Positions 26,115-29,638 of a stretch of DNA of 29,638 nt are shown here, piece by piece. Numbering within the stretch: the first letter of the stretch is position 1; every line of letters starts with the position of its first letter. The notes beneath the pieces were generated by a model, which was given only the letters and a program-made list of their open reading frames with translations, made no database searches and was not told where the DNA came from. Source of the stretch: a virus. Taxonomy: Duplodnaviria > Caudoviricetes. The DNA is taken from positions 1 to 29,638 of IMG/VR virus record IMGVR_UViG_3300047550_001730, one strand, 5' to 3'. A program made the position numbers and the translations under genes.

Positions 26115-27843
26115 CACTCTTCTCGGTCTCATCAACCGTTCCACCGAGAATCTTTGTTGCAAGCGCAGCGAGCGTCTGAAGCACCTCACAGTCGAAAAGG
26201 TGGTTGTCCTTCCGGATCTGCTTCCAAACGTGGCTGACTCTCCCGTGCGCGTCGACCCTCTCCTCTCGTCGCTCCGAGGTCACTTGCGCGAGGTAGATTT
26301 CTCCGGCCTCCCGCGAGAACTCCCACGATGGACCCTTGCCTGACATGAGATGAGCCAGTGCGTCCTTGAGCATCGGGTTTGAGAACACAAGCAGGTTGAT
26401 GGTCCTCTTTTGACCTTGGCCGAGCATGGCGTCAGCCTTTGACCACATAAACGGTCTTCGTATGTTGTTGACCATGTAGCCGTTTACCGAGTCGTGGCCC
26501 TTGCTCGCCTTCCACTTTCCGCCACGTTTTGCGATCTCGGTGTAGACCGTCTGCGTGTCGAACCCCGAGTCGATGATGACATCGCCCGACGCGATGCCGT
26601 ACTTGGTCACCACCTCATCCATCATCGATAGACTGACCGCGCTCCCGAAGTCGACGAGGCGAGAGGTTCCCCCGGGATGCCATTCTCGGACGACGAACCA
26701 AAGCCCGTAGGACTGCACGTCGATGGAGAGGAAAACACGGCCTCCAGTGGTCTCCTTCAGCTTGTAGTCGGTCCCTCGGAGGTCGTCCCCGAACTGCTCC
26801 GCCTTGAGGTCACTGACCCATGGTTCGCCCATCGTCTCGCGTTTCCACGTCTGCATCGGTATCACGTTGCCGAAGGTCATCTGCCGCTTGGCTACGAGGA
26901 ACTCCTCAACAGCTTCGCGCCACGGGATCCACCACGGGACGAGAGACGACCAAGTGAAGCTGACCTTGTGCTTCGGTGCGATGAGATTCCCCTTCTCCCA
27001 TCGGCCATTCTCAACGAGGGTGCGGCGGGTCACAGGATCGTCGGTGTGCCCGTGTCCGCACGATGGACACTTCAACCTGATGCTTTCCGCCACCTTCTCA
27101 AAAAGCCACTTTCCCTCCGGTGTTTTGGTCTGCTCCGACTCTTCCCACTCAACATGCTCCCAGAGCGGAGTGAAGAACATCCCGCACGCCTGACATGGCC
27201 ACTGAAAGCGTCTCTGGTCTCCGTCAAGGAAGGACTGGTGCACCGCGTCGTTTTCGAACAGTGGAGTTGATATCTGCACGATTCGATAGTTCCACTGCGC
27301 CCTCACCCGCTTCCGCACCATCTCGAGTGCCCCCGGTGGGTAGTTCCGCACCTCGTCGAGGATGAGCCAGCGAACAGGCACCGATTGCAGCTTCGAGGGT
27401 GAGCCAGCTCCGCGAACCATCAGCGTCATGGGAGCGAAGTCGATGGTGCCCTTCCTCTTGCCCGACCGTTCCTTCGGCATCATCCGCTTGATGGTCTGGC
27501 AGTCCATGAGGGTCGGGAGGAGTCTGGTCTGCATGAAGTCCTCGGCCTCGTCCTGAGCCGCGAGCACCCACATCGCGGGTCCGGGATCCTCAGCGATGGC
27601 CCACGCGAGGAGGATCATCATCGTCTGGGTTTTGCCAGACTGCGCGGAACACATGATGGAGATCTCCCGAATGCTGTCATCGGCGAAGACCTCCATGATC
27701 TCCTTGGTCCACGGCGCGGTATTGGCACTGAACTGCCCCGGCATCGACGACTGCTTGTCGATGATGATGTGATCCTCGGCCCATTGCCAAGGGTGCCTGT
27801 AGTCGCGAAGGGTCGCGATCTCGGAGATTGTCTCAAAGAACAT
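26107..27843 (-). CDS. terL: Terminase large subunit, lambda GpA family (578 aa)
   Basis: SAQSGKT Walker A, LILDE Walker B, ISTP, GDQR..WPC..C, C..C, IDVQ, IDSG and DNHLFDCE motifs. Confidence 0.95.
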   Translation of the reverse strand: MFFETISEIATLRDYRHPWQWAEDHIIIDKQSSMPGQFSANTAPWTKEIMEVFADDSIREISIMCSAQSGKTQTMMILLAWAIAEDPGPAMWVLAAQDEAEDFMQTRLLPTLMDCQTIKRMMPKERSGKRKGTIDFAPMTLMVRGAGSPSKLQSVPVRWLILDEVRNYPPGALEMVRKRVRAQWNYRIVQISTPLFENDAVHQSFLDGDQRRFQWPCQACGMFFTPLWEHVEWEESEQTKTPEGKWLFEKVAESIRLKCPSCGHGHTDDPVTRRTLVENGRWEKGNLIAPKHKVSFTWSSLVPWWIPWREAVEEFLVAKRQMTFGNVIPMQTWKRETMGEPWVSDLKAEQFGDDLRGTDYKLKETTGGRVFLSIDVQSYGLWFVVREWHPGGTSRLVDFGSAVSLSMMDEVVTKYGIASGDVIIDSGFDTQTVYTEIAKRGGKWKASKGHDSVNGYMVNNIRRPFMWSKADAMLGQGQKRTINLLVFSNPMLKDALAHLMSGKGPSWEFSREAGEIYLAQVTSERREERVDAHGRVSHVWKQIRKDNHLFDCEVLQTLAALATKILGGTVDETEKSDG

Positions 27844-29014
27844 CTGATTCTCTGGTGGCTTTTTTGCCTGTCAGTGTCTCCCACCGCTTCACGATGACGT
27901 CGCAGTAGGCCGGCGAGATCTCCATTCCGTAGCACTTGCGGCCCAGTTGCTCGGCGGCGATCAGCGTGGTGCCGGAGCCGAGGAACGGGTCGTAGACGAC
28001 GCCCGCCGTCATGCCAATACACCAAGCCATTACATCCACTGGCTTTTGCGTCGGGTGGATGGTTCTCTCTTCTCGACCTTTGCGAATCATCCCGTTCCAA
28101 AGATGCCGCTTTAGTCGCACGGGCTTGTCGAGGTTTGTCCACGCCAGTTCGCAGTCCGCGAAGGCGTTGTCGCCGTTCTCCTTGTCCCACACAAGCCAAC
28201 ATCGCGCAGGCGGAAGTTTGAAATAGTTGCCGCCGAAAATGATGGCCTCGGAGTGAGACGCGGCGTTGTCTATCACAGACTGTGGTGGCAGCTTGTCCCA
28301 GTCGGTCGCAGCGTAGTGCCTCTTTGCCGCTGCTGCTTTTCCATACTGCGTCCCGCTTTGTTTGTGCATCGCGGCGTCCACGCCAATTCCATAAGGCGGA
28401 TCGGGGACGCAAGCGTCCGCTTTCGCTCCCGCCATCAGCCGCTCGACATCCTCCGCCTTCGTCGAGTCGCCGCAGAGCAGACGATGCTCCCCGAGAATCC
28501 ATAGGTCGCCCGGCTTCGTGATCGGATCTTCCGGTGTCTCCGGCACCTCGTCGGGGTCTCCGTTGAGTTGATTGGTTTCCGCGAGTAGCTCGGCCATCTC
28601 TTCATCCGAGAAGCCTGTCAGGAGGTGGTCGAGGTCGCTTTCCTTGATGGCTTCCAACTCGACCTTGAGCATCTCCTCGTCCCATCCTCCACCGAGTTCC
28701 GCAAGTTTGTTATCGGCCAGAATGTACGCCCTGCGCTGAGTCTCGCTCAGGTGCGAGAGCCTGATGACCGGTACTGACTCAAGACCTAACTTGATCGCGG
28801 CCATAACCCGTCCATGCCCGGCAATGATGCCGTTGCTCTGGTCAACGAGGACCGGGTTGTTGAACCCGAACTCACGAATGCTTCCCGCGAGTTTTGCGAC
28901 CTGCTCCGGATCGTGTTTCTTCGCGTTTCTCGCGTAGGGTATCAGGTCCGCTGGGTGCATCTGCTCCAGCTTCGGCTGCGGCTTGTTCGTCGGCCCATCT
29001 TTGTATTTCGGCAT
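27833..29014 (-). CDS. ParB-like domain fused to an N6A/N4C DNA methyltransferase (393 aa)
   Basis: LIPYARNAK...IIAGHGR...ADNKL (ParB); HRLLCGDS, DPPY, HPTQKP and YDPFLGSGTT (beta-class MTase). Start is 29014 or 29044. Confidence 0.92.
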   Translation of the reverse strand: MPKYKDGPTNKPQPKLEQMHPADLIPYARNAKKHDPEQVAKLAGSIREFGFNNPVLVDQSNGIIAGHGRVMAAIKLGLESVPVIRLSHLSETQRRAYILADNKLAELGGGWDEEMLKVELEAIKESDLDHLLTGFSDEEMAELLAETNQLNGDPDEVPETPEDPITKPGDLWILGEHRLLCGDSTKAEDVERLMAGAKADACVPDPPYGIGVDAAMHKQSGTQYGKAAAAKRHYAATDWDKLPPQSVIDNAASHSEAIIFGGNYFKLPPARCWLVWDKENGDNAFADCELAWTNLDKPVRLKRHLWNGMIRKGREERTIHPTQKPVDVMAWCIGMTAGVVYDPFLGSGTTLIAAEQLGRKCYGMEISPAYCDVIVKRWETLTGKKATRESDVL

Positions 29015-29582
29015 AGCTGTTTCGGATTGCTGTCGTGATTTCATTGGAGATTTGGGTGGGGGTCATTCCCGAAAGGCGGCCAGCGAGTGATGGCCCGATG
29101 CGAAGCTGGAGACGTTTGCAGGTGTCGAAGGTTTGGTAGAGCTTTTTCCGGATTTCGTCACGGTGCATCACCTCACCTCGAGCCTGTTGGATTTGAAGTT
29201 CGAGAAGTTGGTTTCGCAGGTAGACCTGCCGAGCGGTGAGCTTGCTCTTGTCGAGGTCTTCACCGTCACCCGATGCACCGGCCCCGTGTGCCTCAACCCA
29301 CTCGCGCCACTCTTCGATCGGGTAAAACCCCGAAGCGTTGGCAGCTGGTGCTCCTCGAGCGATCCAGCTTTTGCAAGCGGCCCGGGTCACCCCGAACATC
29401 GCGGCCAACTCAGCGAGTGACTTCGCCCACGTCCTCGGCTTCTCCTCTTTGCCCGATAGGTAGTTCTCCACCTGTTGCAACTGAGCGCGGGTCAACGGTT
29501 TACCCGACTTCTGCTTTTCGATCAGGAGGCGGATGTTCTGCGCGGTGACCTTGCTCAATAGCCCGTCGCTCTGTGATTTCAT
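28872..29582 (-). CDS. Terminase small subunit, Nu1-like (236 aa)
   Basis: Winged-HTH SLAELAAMFGVTRAACKSWIARGAP...YPIEEWREW, coiled coil ending ARGEV, then RIGPSLAGRL; lies upstream of the GpA-type TerL. Confidence 0.8.
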   Translation of the reverse strand: MKSQSDGLLSKVTAQNIRLLIEKQKSGKPLTRAQLQQVENYLSGKEEKPRTWAKSLAELAAMFGVTRAACKSWIARGAPAANASGFYPIEEWREWVEAHGAGASGDGEDLDKSKLTARQVYLRNQLLELQIQQARGEVMHRDEIRKKLYQTFDTCKRLQLRIGPSLAGRLSGMTPTQISNEITTAIRNSYAEIQRWADEQAAAEAGADAPSGPDTLREKREETRSGAGRKTRGKHS

Positions 29583-29638
29583 TTTGTATATTTAATAAAC
29601 AGACTTCAATCACGGATTCCCCGAGCCCGACCCCGCGG

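Larger units (their letters stand above)
1..29638 (-). mobile_element. Tailed bacteriophage (siphovirus-like) genome segment: packaging, head, tail, lysis and accessory modules
   Basis: Co-oriented terminase-portal-protease-capsid-tail-TMP-fibre-lysis gene order. No sheath gene, host gene or integrase is visible. Confidence 0.95.

Noticed and set aside
1-29638. Stop-codon reassignment, introns/inteins, tRNA genes
   Set aside because: Genes tile densely in the standard code, TerL, capsid and portal core show no interruptions, and no cloverleaf was seen in the few intergenic gaps (tRNAscan not run).
1-29638. Apparent abundance of TCGA and GATC words as a methyltransferase target signature
   Set aside because: Not counted; could follow from GTC/ATC/CTC-GAN codon usage. 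Needs a codon-preserving shuffle test.

Overview
The whole window is a tailed-phage (siphovirus-like) genome segment with every credible gene on the minus strand. Read right to left: terminase small subunit, ParB-fused DNA methyltransferase, lambda GpA-type terminase large subunit, gpW-like adaptor, lambda-family portal with an extra C-terminal domain, prohead protease/scaffold, decoration protein, major capsid, intrinsic terminator, neck genes, two tail-tube-like genes, tail chaperone with a G GGA AAC -1 frameshift, tape measure, tail-tip genes, four fibre/collagen proteins, a GT4 glycosyltransferase, four membrane proteins plus a lysozyme, and an HTH protein. A sigma70-like promoter with an UP element then starts small accessory genes, a RuvC-like resolvase and a DUF6948-like/Gly-repeat pair. 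The most notable signal is that the tail module holds three separate tandem pairs of diverged paralogues (tube x2, post-TMP protein x2, next tip protein x2) beside single head, chaperone and tape-measure genes, which suggests a heteromeric or two-variant tail. All products were assigned from motifs and gene order by eye; no database searches were run. Several ORF-track starts were moved to downstream codons that give ATGA/GTGA coupling.
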